The translations under genes were made by a program, and so were the position numbers. Positions 1 through 9,661 of a stretch of DNA of 64,000 nt are shown here, piece by piece (the first letter of the stretch is position 1; each line of letters starts with the position of its first letter). The notes beneath the pieces were generated by a model. It saw only the letters and a list, made by a program, of their open reading frames with translations. It was not told where the DNA came from and ran no database searches. Location: IMG/VR virus record IMGVR_UViG_3300025646_005470. One strand, 5' to 3'. The stretch is from a virus.

Positions 1-118
1 ACTCTGACCATCTTTGTTCATTTTTCCAATCAACATAATAAGCAGAATAGTCATTACTACCTTGATGAGTATGCATTTCTTGAGTATGACTTGTTCCAAT
101 TGCCACAAAATTTTTCAT
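1..118 (-). CDS. Partial hypothetical protein (5' end only; MKNFVAIGTSHTQEMH...), possibly SGNH-hydrolase-like
   Basis: Manual translation: ATG at 118-116 directly after the nrdB stop, open to the window edge; G-x-S-H-T near the N-terminus resembles SGNH block I. Confidence 0.5.
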   Translation of the reverse strand, partial: MKNFVAIGTSHTQEMHTHQGSNDYSAYYVDWKNEQRWSE

Positions 119-120
119 AA

Positions 121-1221
121 TTAAAGTTCAAAATCTTCAAAAGTTTTATCATCAACATCTTGTTTTAACCCGCCAATAATATAACTTTCAACTTCTGTTT
201 CTTGTGGAGCAACCTGCATACCAGCACTTGATAACCAATTTGCTGTCCACGGTAAAGGATTAGCATTTGCTGGCTGATCATAAATTGGATCATAGCCAAT
301 TGCTTTTAATCTTTTGTTTGCAATCCATTCTACATAATTGCCTAGTAATTTTTCATTTAATCCAATGATTGATCCATCTTTGAATAAATGCTGTGCCCAT
401 GCTTTTTCTTCTTCTACACATTTTTTAAACATGTTAATTACTGTATTATCTAAACCTTTAATTGCTTTGGTCATCCCAGCATCATCACCTTTGTGCCAGT
501 TTTTGATAACCTGTGTTGACAAGTTTAAGTGTGTTGCTTCATCACGTGCAATAAGTGAAATGATCTTTGCTGATCCTTCCATTAACTTTAATTCGCCAAA
601 AGCAAACGTACAAGCAAATGAAACATAAAATCTTAGTCCTTCTAAAATATTTACGTTAATCATTGCAAGATACAATTGACGTTTAACATCAAGTATATCG
701 CCTTCGCCTTTAACAAAATAATCTTCTGCCATTTTAGAAAACGTATCATAATTTTCTGTAACTGATACTGCTCTCTTTAATATTTCTTCATCATTTAAAA
801 TTGTGTCAAATACTTCAGTTGGGTCAGCATACACATTTTTCATAATGTGTGTATATGAACGTGAGTGAATTGTTTCAAAGAAATCCCAAGTAACAATACA
901 ACCTTCTAGTTCTGGATTTGATACATACGGTAAAAAAGCCAAACTAGGACCTCTACCTTGAACTGAATCAAGCAGTGTTTGATATTTCAAATTTGATGTA
1001 AAAATATGTTTTTGTTCAGGACGAAAATTTTGATAATCAGCACGATCTTTTTGTAGACTTACTTCTTCTGGTCTCCAAAAATAACCAAGCATGGTTTGGT
1101 TAAGTTTATCCAATGCAGGATATTTAAAAACATCATATCTCTGCACACTCTGATCTTCTCCAAAGAACATTGGCTCTTTTGTAAAATCAACTTCATTTCT
1201 ATTAAATACTGTTTTTGCCAT
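121..1221 (-). CDS. nrdB: Ribonucleotide reductase class Ia beta subunit
   Basis: WRPEE, LDSVQ, ETIHSRSY, EGLRFY, RDEATH di-iron/tyrosyl motifs; adjacent to nrdA. Confidence 0.97.
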   Translation of the reverse strand: MAKTVFNRNEVDFTKEPMFFGEDQSVQRYDVFKYPALDKLNQTMLGYFWRPEEVSLQKDRADYQNFRPEQKHIFTSNLKYQTLLDSVQGRGPSLAFLPYVSNPELEGCIVTWDFFETIHSRSYTHIMKNVYADPTEVFDTILNDEEILKRAVSVTENYDTFSKMAEDYFVKGEGDILDVKRQLYLAMINVNILEGLRFYVSFACTFAFGELKLMEGSAKIISLIARDEATHLNLSTQVIKNWHKGDDAGMTKAIKGLDNTVINMFKKCVEEEKAWAQHLFKDGSIIGLNEKLLGNYVEWIANKRLKAIGYDPIYDQPANANPLPWTANWLSSAGMQVAPQETEVESYIIGGLKQDVDDKTFEDFEL

Positions 1222-1227
1222 AGTTAT

Positions 1228-1255
1228 ATTATATATTCTTTCTTACGTGTGTCAA
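1228..1255 (-). promoter_or_regulatory. sigma70-type promoter for nrdB (leaderless geometry)
   Basis: TTGACA-N16-TATAAT, then 6 nt to the ATG; no SD. Confidence 0.75.
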
Positions 1256-1262
1256 TATTTAT

Positions 1263-3605
1263 TTAAATTGTACAAGAATCACACGCTTCATCTTCTTGAT
1301 GTGCTTGATGTTCTTCTGCACTAGCAATTGCTTCATCTAGTGTGCTTACGTTTTCTTGATCTGTTATGTTTGGTTCTTCACCTTTAAAGTCATAGGTGTT
1401 TTGATAGTAACTTGTTTTCCAACCAAGTTTATATGTTGTTAAAAAGTCTTTGGTTAACACACTCATAGGAACTTCATTGTTTTCAAATTTTGTTGGATTG
1501 TATGACCAGTTACCTGAAATTGCTTGATCAAAGTATTTTTGCATTGCCGCAACAATATTAATATATCCTTCGTTGCTTGGCATATCCCATAATAGTGTGT
1601 AGTATTTTTTGTATGTTTCATACTGTGGAACTATTTGTTTTAGTGGACCTTTTTTACTTTTCTTAATACTCAAATATGCTCTTGGTGGCTCAATACCGTT
1701 AGTTGCATTGCCAACCACACTTGATGATTCACTTGGCATTTGTGCTGACAGAGTTGAATGTCTTAGTCCATGTTCAACAATGTCTTTTCTCAATGCTTCC
1801 CAATCCATGGTTAACTTTGCAGATACAATAGTATCAACATCTCTTTTGTAAGTGTCAATTGGTAATAAACCTTTTGAATATTTTGTTTTCTTAAAGTAAT
1901 CACACGCACCTTTTTCTTTGGCAATTTCATTTGATGCTTTTAACAGATAATACTGGAACGCTTCTGTTAGTTCGTTGACCATTTGCCATGCTTCTTTGTC
2001 ACTGTACATCACTTTGTTTTTAGCCAAATAGTGTGCAAGACCAATATAACCAATACCTAGAGATCTTCTTGCTTTGGTTGAAATTTCTGCCGCTTTAACT
2101 GGATATTTTTGATAGTCAATAATTTGTTCTAATCCACGCACAGCAAGATCACACAGTGATTCTAACTCTTTGGTATCTTTAAGTGTGCCAACATTGATAG
2201 CACTTAAAATACACAGTGCAATTTCACCTTTGCCATCAATGTGCTGTAGTGGATCAGTTGGTAGTGTAATTTCTTGACATAAATTACTCATACGCACAGG
2301 ATCAATAAATGAGCTGTGATCATTTGCGTGGTCAACATTCATAATGTAAATACGACCTGTTTCTGCACGTTCTTTTAGTATGTCTCCAATTAGTGTGCGA
2401 GCCTGAATAGTTTTTTTTGGTATTTTTTTGTCTTGTTCATATTTTTTATATAGTGCATCAAATTTTGGTGTACCAAATGCTTCATACAAGCCAGGTACTT
2501 CATGTGGTGAAAACAGTGTAATGTCTCCACCTTTGATAAATCTTTCATAGAATATTTTTGACATTTGAATTGAATAGTCTAGTTTTCTAACTCTATTATC
2601 TTCTGTGCCTTTGTTGTTTTTTAATACAATAATATCTTCAATCTCTTGGTGCCAAATTGGGAAGTGAACTGTTGCACTACCACCACGCACACCATTTTGT
2701 GTACAACATCTCACAGTTGCTTCAAACTTTTTTAGAAACGGGACAACACCAGTGTGGGCTACTTCGCCTCCTCTGATACGTGAGTTGATTCCACGTATTC
2801 TACCTGCGTTGATTCCAATACCAGCTCTTTGAGCAATGTATCTGCCTATGGCCATGTCACTTGCAAAAATACTATCTAGTGTGTCATCTACATCAACAAG
2901 CACACACGAAGCAAACTGTCTTAGTGGTGTACGCACACCTGCCATAACAGGTGTAGGAATATTAATTTTAAATTTTGAAACTGCATCATAATATCTTTTG
3001 ATGTATCCCATTCTTGTTTCTTTTGGATAGTTAGCAAACAGTGTAGCCGCAATCAGCATGTACATATATTGAGGTGTTTCAAATACTTTACCTGTGCTTC
3101 TGTCTTGTACAAGATATTTGTCAACCACTTGTCTTAGACCTGCATAGGTAAAATCATAATCTCTATCATGTTTAATATATGAATCTAGTGTTTTAAATTC
3201 TTCATCTGTGTACTGTTTCATGATTGCTGAATCATATAAACCTTTTTCAACATTTCTACCAACTAAAAATTGTAGTGGTACTTGATATTGGTGATCAATG
3301 TGTTTACCAAAAACTTCTTTTCTAATTGTAAACAATAATAGACGTGCCGCAACATATTGGTAGTTAGGATTTTCTAGTGTTATTAAATCGTTTGCTGATT
3401 TGATTAAAATTTCTTGAATTTGTTGTGTGGTCATTCCATTTGAAAACTGTAGACCAGAATTCATTTCTACCAATGATGAAGATACTCCTGACAGGCCATC
3501 ACATGCGGCTTCTGTCATTTTGTGTACTTTGTTGATATCTAAAGGTTCCTGTTGTCCGTCTCTTTTTATAATGAAAATGTCTGTTTGATTTTTTACTGCG
3601 TTCAT
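1263..3605 (-). CDS. nrdA: Ribonucleotide reductase class Ia alpha subunit
   Basis: N-terminal ATP cone (KRDG), ASCVL, SNLCQEI, ALCILSAIN, YYQ, C-terminal CDSC. Confidence 0.97.
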   Translation of the reverse strand: MNAVKNQTDIFIIKRDGQQEPLDINKVHKMTEAACDGLSGVSSSLVEMNSGLQFSNGMTTQQIQEILIKSANDLITLENPNYQYVAARLLLFTIRKEVFGKHIDHQYQVPLQFLVGRNVEKGLYDSAIMKQYTDEEFKTLDSYIKHDRDYDFTYAGLRQVVDKYLVQDRSTGKVFETPQYMYMLIAATLFANYPKETRMGYIKRYYDAVSKFKINIPTPVMAGVRTPLRQFASCVLVDVDDTLDSIFASDMAIGRYIAQRAGIGINAGRIRGINSRIRGGEVAHTGVVPFLKKFEATVRCCTQNGVRGGSATVHFPIWHQEIEDIIVLKNNKGTEDNRVRKLDYSIQMSKIFYERFIKGGDITLFSPHEVPGLYEAFGTPKFDALYKKYEQDKKIPKKTIQARTLIGDILKERAETGRIYIMNVDHANDHSSFIDPVRMSNLCQEITLPTDPLQHIDGKGEIALCILSAINVGTLKDTKELESLCDLAVRGLEQIIDYQKYPVKAAEISTKARRSLGIGYIGLAHYLAKNKVMYSDKEAWQMVNELTEAFQYYLLKASNEIAKEKGACDYFKKTKYSKGLLPIDTYKRDVDTIVSAKLTMDWEALRKDIVEHGLRHSTLSAQMPSESSSVVGNATNGIEPPRAYLSIKKSKKGPLKQIVPQYETYKKYYTLLWDMPSNEGYINIVAAMQKYFDQAISGNWSYNPTKFENNEVPMSVLTKDFLTTYKLGWKTSYYQNTYDFKGEEPNITDQENVSTLDEAIASAEEHQAHQEDEACDSCTI

Positions 3606-3731
3606 TTTTTACTTAATTTTAATACCTTGTTGTGTTTTTATTCAGCACAATAATTAATTATACTATCATACAATTGATAAAAGCAATAGTTAAATCCAAA
3701 ATAACAGAAAAAATCTGTTAACAACCTACGG

Positions 3732-5003
3732 TTAGGCTTGTAACCAACGTTCTATCTTGTATGACAAATTGGCATCAGAAGCATTAGCATTTTGATAATT
3801 TAATTGCAATTTAGAACTGCTAACGGCCGCTGAAAAAGTTACATCAGATGTACTTGCAGTTTCAACATGTGTGTCGTTAATTACTGTTGTTGTTCCATCT
3901 GTTGTAATATGAATTGTTCCTGTTCTAAAGTTAGAACCTAACTTTAAACTGTAATCAATTTTATAAACATTTGATTCTGTTATTGAGTATTCAAATACTA
4001 AAGTATCTACTAGTGTAGTATTAGTTAATGTTTTTGTTTGCATACTACCAATATATTGATTAGTCTGATAACGTGGATAACTTGCTTCAGTAAATATTTC
4101 AATGTTACTTGCTACTCTTGAAACACTGCCTCTTTTTTTGTTTATAAATCTTGAAATGTTATATGCTTGTTGTGGAGTATCTAAATCAATTTTTAAATTT
4201 GAATCTATTTCAACATCTCTTACAGGTGTATGTATTGCAGAATTTTCTCCTAAAAAACTATAAGTGCTAGGCTCACCAATTGTATTAATACAATCATTTA
4301 CGTTTGCTGTTAATAAATCTGTTTTTTCAGACGCTGTTACAAATTGTACAAAACCTGTTCCTGTTGTTACATCAACAAATACTTGATTAGTTGACAAATT
4401 TCCTTCTTGCCATTTATCATATGAAGCAATAGAATTATCACTTGCTTCCCAACTAGCACGAGTTCTAATATGCTCTGTAATTTGTGCTTTGGTCCATTTT
4501 GATACTATAAGTGATGATCCAACTTCTGGAACATTTGCTCCTGTGAAATTAATGTAAGTTGTTGTTCCACTAAATGCTAACGTGTATTCTGAAGCATCAT
4601 ATGTTGTTGGAATACCGTTTACGTATTTTGTAACTACTAAATCGGATTCTTCTAATCCACCTGATATCTTTGGATGACCTGTTGGTAGCCCGTATTGTGA
4701 TGTATTAAAAGCAAGTGCAATATTTGCCCCTGGACTTAGAACTTCTGTACCTGTAATATTAAAATTTAAAATACCATTATTTGTAGTAGATGATGTTAAA
4801 TTTCCTAAGTCATCTGATATTGTTGATTGTGCATCTAAAAAAGGTGTTACTTGTACATCTGTGTTTAATAAATCTTGATTTCCAGCACCAATATATACTT
4901 CACGTGTGTCTAATGCTAGACCTATTTCGCCATCAGCCAACGGCTGTGGAAGATCTGCTTTATTACCACGTCTATTTTTAATTCTAGTATATGTTGTTGC
5001 CAC
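3732..5003 (-). CDS. Virion structural protein with Mtd-N-like (tropism determinant/hyaluronidase N-terminal) domain
   Basis: RIKNRRGNKADLPQPLADGEIGLALDTREVYIG N-terminus; Thr/Ser-rich beta-type body; TAAATA and GGAG upstream. Confidence 0.65.
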   Translation of the reverse strand: MATTYTRIKNRRGNKADLPQPLADGEIGLALDTREVYIGAGNQDLLNTDVQVTPFLDAQSTISDDLGNLTSSTTNNGILNFNITGTEVLSPGANIALAFNTSQYGLPTGHPKISGGLEESDLVVTKYVNGIPTTYDASEYTLAFSGTTTYINFTGANVPEVGSSLIVSKWTKAQITEHIRTRASWEASDNSIASYDKWQEGNLSTNQVFVDVTTGTGFVQFVTASEKTDLLTANVNDCINTIGEPSTYSFLGENSAIHTPVRDVEIDSNLKIDLDTPQQAYNISRFINKKRGSVSRVASNIEIFTEASYPRYQTNQYIGSMQTKTLTNTTLVDTLVFEYSITESNVYKIDYSLKLGSNFRTGTIHITTDGTTTVINDTHVETASTSDVTFSAAVSSSKLQLNYQNANASDANLSYKIERWLQA

Positions 5004-5024
5004 TTGATTTACTCCAATATACTA

Positions 5025-5732
5025 CTATTTATTCATTTTGTAGTAAGTTTCAACTCTATCTAACCACTTATTTGTAAATGATTTAAATTCTTCACCTTCT
5101 ACAACAAATTGCTGGTATTGATTGTCATGTGTAACCATAAAAATCACACTTTTTTGTATGTTTGTACCATATACTTCGTTATGAGCTAGTGCATAAGCAG
5201 ATGCCTGCATAAAATAGTCTTCAATCCATTCTTTTTTCTTAAACTTGCGTGATGTTTTAAAGTCACCTATACTAGGCACTCCTTCATGCACACAAATTAA
5301 ATCTGCTGTTCCGCCGTACAATCCTGGAAATGCTAGATGTGTTTCTATACCCCAAACTTCATCAACGTTTTTAAGCCCATGCTCAATCACAGTTTCACTT
5401 AGATTCTTTGCTTGTACATATACTTGATTTGTACCGCTGGGTCTTTCTATACCTTCAATATAACATTCTAAATGTTTGTGCATGATTGTACCTAGATTTG
5501 CTGATTCAGTTACAATACGTTGTGCTTCAGAGGCGCCTACTCGTTTTTTCCACTCATTAAGAGCTGTCATATCTTTGGTTTTAGAAAGTATAGAGGTTAC
5601 TGACGGCACCGGATCGCCGTCAGCATTTACATAATATCGTTGCCCATCAACATTTTTTCTTTTGAATTGTTGATATTGGAATTTTTCTACTAATAAAGAT
5701 TTATTGTCTACTTTTTGGTTTTCTTCCAACAT
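5025..5732 (-). CDS. PD-(D/E)XK exonuclease (Cas4/MGME1-like)
   Basis: PSVTSIL, GTIMHKHLE, GTADL...IGDFKTS, Q-x-x-A-Y motifs. Confidence 0.85.
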   Translation of the reverse strand: MLEENQKVDNKSLLVEKFQYQQFKRKNVDGQRYYVNADGDPVPSVTSILSKTKDMTALNEWKKRVGASEAQRIVTESANLGTIMHKHLECYIEGIERPSGTNQVYVQAKNLSETVIEHGLKNVDEVWGIETHLAFPGLYGGTADLICVHEGVPSIGDFKTSRKFKKKEWIEDYFMQASAYALAHNEVYGTNIQKSVIFMVTHDNQYQQFVVEGEEFKSFTNKWLDRVETYYKMNK

Positions 5733-5889
5733 AATTTTTAATCACATTCTTCTTTTTTGCAGTTGCTTTTATTTTAGCAACTTTTTTTGTAGAAGAAGCC
5801 TTTTTTACTGTTGGAGATTCATTAGGTGTTTTTTCTTTTGGTTTATCCAAATAAAACAATCCCAATAACCAATTTACTGCGTTTGTCAT
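5701..5889 (-). CDS. Small Lys/Ala-rich basic hypothetical protein
   Basis: ORF with AAGGAG SD and its own promoter; KKASSTKKVAKIKATAKKK; overlaps the nuclease start by 32 nt. Confidence 0.55.
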   Translation of the reverse strand: MTNAVNWLLGLFYLDKPKEKTPNESPTVKKASSTKKVAKIKATAKKKNVIKNYVGRKPKSRQ

Positions 5890-5912
5890 TTTTGTACTCC
5901 TTAACTGTGTTT

Positions 5913-5940
5913 AGTATAGCACAAAAACAGAATCTGTCAA
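5913..5940 (-). promoter_or_regulatory. sigma70-type promoter
   Basis: TTGACA-N16-TATACT with extended TG; AATCTGT/ACAGATT inverted repeat overlaps the -35. Confidence 0.65.
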
Positions 5941-5991
5941 TCACAGATTTTTGTCAGCATAATTAGTAATATCTCCAATTATTTTATAACT

Positions 5992-6020
5992 ATTATAGCA
6001 ACTTAATAATCAAATGTCAA
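5992..6020 (-). promoter_or_regulatory. Consensus sigma70-type promoter
   Basis: TTGACA-N17-TATAAT with extended TG. Confidence 0.8.
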
Positions 6021-6350
6021 TTAATTATCTATACTAGATTTAGCAGATTGAGTGGCCATTTTGGAAACTGTATCTGCTGTATCATCTTGTTTACTGAAAC
6101 TTGAATTACTAGCAGGTGTATCTAGTATAATTTTGTTACCGGTTATTGATTTTATTTTTCCGTTATTAAGTAAATGTGATCTTAATGCTTGACTGTCAAT
6201 ATCTGAACCTAGACCTTGTAGTTGTTTTTGAAATTCTTCTAGAGAAATCTCATTAACATTATTAGCCATCATTGTTATGATTACTGTATTAATGTCAGCA
6301 TCTAACTGATCAATATATTTGTCTTCGCCAATAACTTCTAGGATTTTCAT
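6021..6350 (-). CDS. Hypothetical protein, putative head-internal
   Basis: ORF in late cluster; MKILEVIGE N-terminus. Confidence 0.7.
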   Translation of the reverse strand: MKILEVIGEDKYIDQLDADINTVIITMMANNVNEISLEEFQKQLQGLGSDIDSQALRSHLLNNGKIKSITGNKIILDTPASNSSFSKQDDTADTVSKMATQSAKSSIDN

Positions 6351-6353
6351 TAG

Positions 6354-7397
6354 TTAAGCCTTTTTGGCTCTACCTAATGGATTTTCTTCTGGGCCACTTG
6401 CTGAATCATCTCCACCAGTTAAATCATCTGCTGGTGCTTCCAAATCAGTACCTGCATCTGCGTCAGTTTCCATGTCGCCTAGATCTGAATCTGCTGGAGC
6501 CATATCTGACTGTGCTGGTGCTTCACCAGTTAAAACTAATACTTCATTATTGACTGCTTCTTTGGCTGACTTTAATGAATCAAGTAATGTCTCTAATTGT
6601 GATGCAACTGATTGATTAAATGATGATGCCTTGTCTGCGCCATATTGATATGACATTTGATCAACTACTGCACCTAATTCGTCATTTTGCATTTTACCAA
6701 GTTGCTCAATCATATCTTGTAATTCGTCTACAAGACTTTTTGCCGCAATAACTATTTCTGCTTTTTCAACTTCTTGTTCTAATAGTGCTTTTAATGATGC
6801 CACTTTTTCTTCTACCTTGTCTTTTGGTTTGTTGCCTTGCTTTTTAGCAATTGCTTTTTGTAATCCTGCTGGTAATTTTTTTTGTTTTGCAGTAAGCTCT
6901 TCATTAGTACGTGGATCGCCTTTCATGTCTTTTTGAACTCTGTCCCAGATGTAAGCATAACGTTGGCCATGTGTTTTAATGAATTCTGCTTTGCTCATAT
7001 GTTCAGCATCTTCTTCCATTTCAAGTTTCATGTTTCCAACACCGCCTTCTTTAACTTTTTTGCCCATTGCTTTTTTAATAGCCTTGTCTTTGGCCGCCAT
7101 ATAATCATCAGAGTCAATATCACCATCTTTATCATGATCTTTTTTCTTTGCTTCAATCATTTGTTCAATTGCTTCTGCTAATAGTAAATGTTTCATATAC
7201 TTTGCATTTGTTGAATATGCATTAAAAGGCATTGATGATTCAAGTTCTTTTAACTTTGTTTTAAGATCTTTTTTAACATCATACAATTTTTTAATGTCAA
7301 TAGTGTCATACACTTTAAATCCGTATAACGAATCAAGTGTTTCATTAATTTTTGCTAACTTTTCACTAGCTGGTTTTTCGAACTCTGATATATTCAT
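6354..7397 (-). CDS. Charged modular hypothetical protein, putative head-internal/core
   Basis: MNISEFE start; DHDKDGDIDSDD EF-hand-like loop; acidic tail; TATAAATA upstream. Confidence 0.75.
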   Translation of the reverse strand: MNISEFEKPASEKLAKINETLDSLYGFKVYDTIDIKKLYDVKKDLKTKLKELESSMPFNAYSTNAKYMKHLLLAEAIEQMIEAKKKDHDKDGDIDSDDYMAAKDKAIKKAMGKKVKEGGVGNMKLEMEEDAEHMSKAEFIKTHGQRYAYIWDRVQKDMKGDPRTNEELTAKQKKLPAGLQKAIAKKQGNKPKDKVEEKVASLKALLEQEVEKAEIVIAAKSLVDELQDMIEQLGKMQNDELGAVVDQMSYQYGADKASSFNQSVASQLETLLDSLKSAKEAVNNEVLVLTGEAPAQSDMAPADSDLGDMETDADAGTDLEAPADDLTGGDDSASGPEENPLGRAKKA

Positions 7398-7419
7398 AAT
7401 GTTTCTACCTTACTTAACT

Positions 7420-7427
7420 TATTTATA
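7420..7427 (-). promoter_or_regulatory. T4-type late promoter
   Basis: TATAAATA upstream of the 7397 start. Confidence 0.65.
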
Positions 7428-7440
7428 CTTTTCTTTATTT

Positions 7441-8169
7441 TTATCCAGTATTTTTTTTAAACAAATAGGTGATCTTTGCCTTACATTCTAGTGCTAAATC
7501 TCTATTTTTTTCAAAATCGGCTTGATTTTTAGCTTCTTTTGAAAAATCTTCTCTTTTTTTAGCTTCAAAATATAATTTTTTGTATTGTGATGCTGTATTT
7601 GAATACTGCACATAGTTGTTATATATATTGTGTAGTTCGATCATCATAGGATCAGTATACAATAGTTCATCATTTAGATAGTTTACTAAACAAAAGGCCA
7701 TTTCGTATAGTTTGATATCTTTTGATACTATTTCATTGTTGTTTAAATTAACTACATCATACATATATCTTTTTTTAAAAGGACGTATTTTAATTAGATA
7801 ATTCCCTACTTTTACACCATGATCTGTTCGCTGTGTAGTAAGTGCTTTTTTAAATTTTGGATCAATTACTGCAACTTCTACTACTTCTTTTAATACTGAA
7901 TCGTCTAACTTATTAAGATTGTCAGCTAACAATTTTGCAGTGTTTATATTTTTATTTTGGTTAACTACTGCTTCTGTACTAGTTATTTTATTGATCTTTT
8001 TTTCTACTGCACTTAAAAATTCTGCACTGCCTTTAACTGGACTTCCCCATGTATTCATTATACGCCAAAATCTATAGTGTTCTTGTAGAGTACGTGCAGT
8101 CATGCCATCTGTTAGCTCATCAACATAAGCGGCAACTTCATATCTTTGTTTTCTTTTTTGTCTAAACAT
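7441..8169 (-). CDS. Hypothetical protein
   Basis: 242-aa ORF tiling with its neighbours. Confidence 0.7.
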   Translation of the reverse strand: MFRQKRKQRYEVAAYVDELTDGMTARTLQEHYRFWRIMNTWGSPVKGSAEFLSAVEKKINKITSTEAVVNQNKNINTAKLLADNLNKLDDSVLKEVVEVAVIDPKFKKALTTQRTDHGVKVGNYLIKIRPFKKRYMYDVVNLNNNEIVSKDIKLYEMAFCLVNYLNDELLYTDPMMIELHNIYNNYVQYSNTASQYKKLYFEAKKREDFSKEAKNQADFEKNRDLALECKAKITYLFKKNTG

Positions 8170-8184
8170 ATAACTTTTATTATA

Positions 8185-8685
8185 TTATTTTTTATTCTTT
8201 GCAATTATATCTGCAAACTGTACTATTTTAGCAAATTCTGGATCTTTTTGCAACTTTTTTATTGATCCTGAAATTTCTTTGTCAACATTTTTCATCATAT
8301 CTTTTGCTTGATCTTTAGATGCTTGTTGTGTACTTTGTGTTCCTTGAGTTTTTTCTGTACCTGTAGTTGTTTTTGGTGCAACTGTTGTATTACCTTTGGT
8401 ATTTCCTGCAGATGCTGTATTCTTTGATACTGTTTTACTTGTATATTCATCAAGCAAATCTTTAACCACATCGTCTAATTGATCATATCCAGATAACAAA
8501 ATACGTTTTGCACTTTCTGGATCTTCTTCGTCAACTGCTTTGGCTAGATTCATGTAATCTTTAAGTCCTAGTGGTTCTGTTAATGATTTAACAACACTTG
8601 CTGGCATATGAACTAGTTTACTAATTCGATTAGTAAATTGTTTTGGATCATCCATAGTGTTTAAAATATCATCTTTTAAGCTCAT
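8185..8685 (-). CDS. Hypothetical protein
   Basis: 166-aa ORF; TAAATA-N5-ATG at start. Confidence 0.7.
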   Translation of the reverse strand: MSLKDDILNTMDDPKQFTNRISKLVHMPASVVKSLTEPLGLKDYMNLAKAVDEEDPESAKRILLSGYDQLDDVVKDLLDEYTSKTVSKNTASAGNTKGNTTVAPKTTTGTEKTQGTQSTQQASKDQAKDMMKNVDKEISGSIKKLQKDPEFAKIVQFADIIAKNKK

Positions 8686-8693
8686 GCTAATAT

Positions 8694-8990
8694 TTACCTT
8701 CTTCTTAGTGCTTTGTTCATTTGTTGTACACGTTTAGATGCTGGATTGAAACGTTTTGTACGCAGAGATTTTCTTATAATTCTCTGTCCCATACGTGCTC
8801 TTGTTTTTTTAAGTGTAAATCTTTTTTTAATGTCTAGTGGAGCAGAACATACACTAGGGTTAGTTACAATTCTGCCTTTTTTTCTGCCAAAAGTACAACG
8901 ATATTTTTTGACCACTTTGTTTCCTTTGCGGCCAAAAATCAATCTTGATTCTGGTAAACCAACGTTGTTATCAATTTCAGCAATAATCAT
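8694..8990 (-). CDS. Small Arg/Lys-rich protein (paralogue of 58052..58402)
   Basis: Likely start MIIAEID at 8990 (the track starts at 9011); YRCTFGRKKGRIVTNPSVC motif. Confidence 0.75.
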   Translation of the reverse strand: MIIAEIDNNVGLPESRLIFGRKGNKVVKKYRCTFGRKKGRIVTNPSVCSAPLDIKKRFTLKKTRARMGQRIIRKSLRTKRFNPASKRVQQMNKALRRR

Positions 8991-8991
8991 C

Positions 8992-9255
8992 TTATCCTGC
9001 CCTATATACAATTGTAAACAATGTAGTCAATAGCGTAATAAACAATGTACCCATTGACCATATAATAATTCTTTCAATTTTTGTAAACTGTCTATCTGTA
9101 TGTTCTTCCATCTTGTCCATACGTAGATCAACTTTATCAAATCTTTTTTGTATTTCTTCGTGTCTTTCATGTGACACAACCACATGAGTTTCTAAACTCT
9201 GAGATTCTAAACTTGCTAAATTACCATGTAATTTTTTATTTGGTTGATTATCCAT
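8992..9255 (-). CDS. Coiled-coil protein with C-terminal transmembrane helix (XhlA/holin-like)
   Basis: Heptad-like FDKVDLRMDKMEE then hydrophobic IIIWSMGTLFITLLTTLFTIV. Confidence 0.6.
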   Translation of the reverse strand: MDNQPNKKLHGNLASLESQSLETHVVVSHERHEEIQKRFDKVDLRMDKMEEHTDRQFTKIERIIIWSMGTLFITLLTTLFTIVYRAG

Positions 9256-9256
9256 T

Positions 9257-9661
9257 TTATAGTGTCTCCGACTGACTAAATTCTAAATTTTTTGATCCTG
9301 TAGTTGCAATAGTGCCACCATTTAGTACAACTCCATCCATAGAACTAATTAATTTACCAACAGGATCACTATTTTCTTTAAACACATCAGGATGTTCTAC
9401 TGCAAATTTAAATATCCATCCTGCACCTGTTAGTGTTGGAGCACCATTAACATTTAGATCAGCAACCTGTACAGGATCATTTGAAATAATTACCTGTGAA
9501 AACATTGCAATCATTTGTACAAGAGAATCAAAATCTTTTTGTGTAGCATCTTGATAACTGCCTGTTTGTGTTATATCAATATTTGTATACATTATATAAA
9601 ACTGTAGATTACTACTGATAAACTCGCCACCTCTTGCCGCTCCATTAATTCTAACTGCCAT
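9257..9661 (-). CDS. Hypothetical protein (probable virion protein)
   Basis: 134-aa ORF; TAATG coupling to the upstream gene. Confidence 0.7.
   Translation of the reverse strand: MAVRINGAARGGEFISSNLQFYIMYTNIDITQTGSYQDATQKDFDSLVQMIAMFSQVIISNDPVQVADLNVNGAPTLTGAGWIFKFAVEHPDVFKENSDPVGKLISSMDGVVLNGGTIATTGSKNLEFSQSETL

Noticed and set aside
5025-5732. Cas4-like nuclease as evidence of a CRISPR-Cas system
   Set aside because: No cas1/cas2, no repeat-spacer array in the window and no Fe-S Cys cluster; stand-alone PD-(D/E)XK exonucleases are common in T4-like phages
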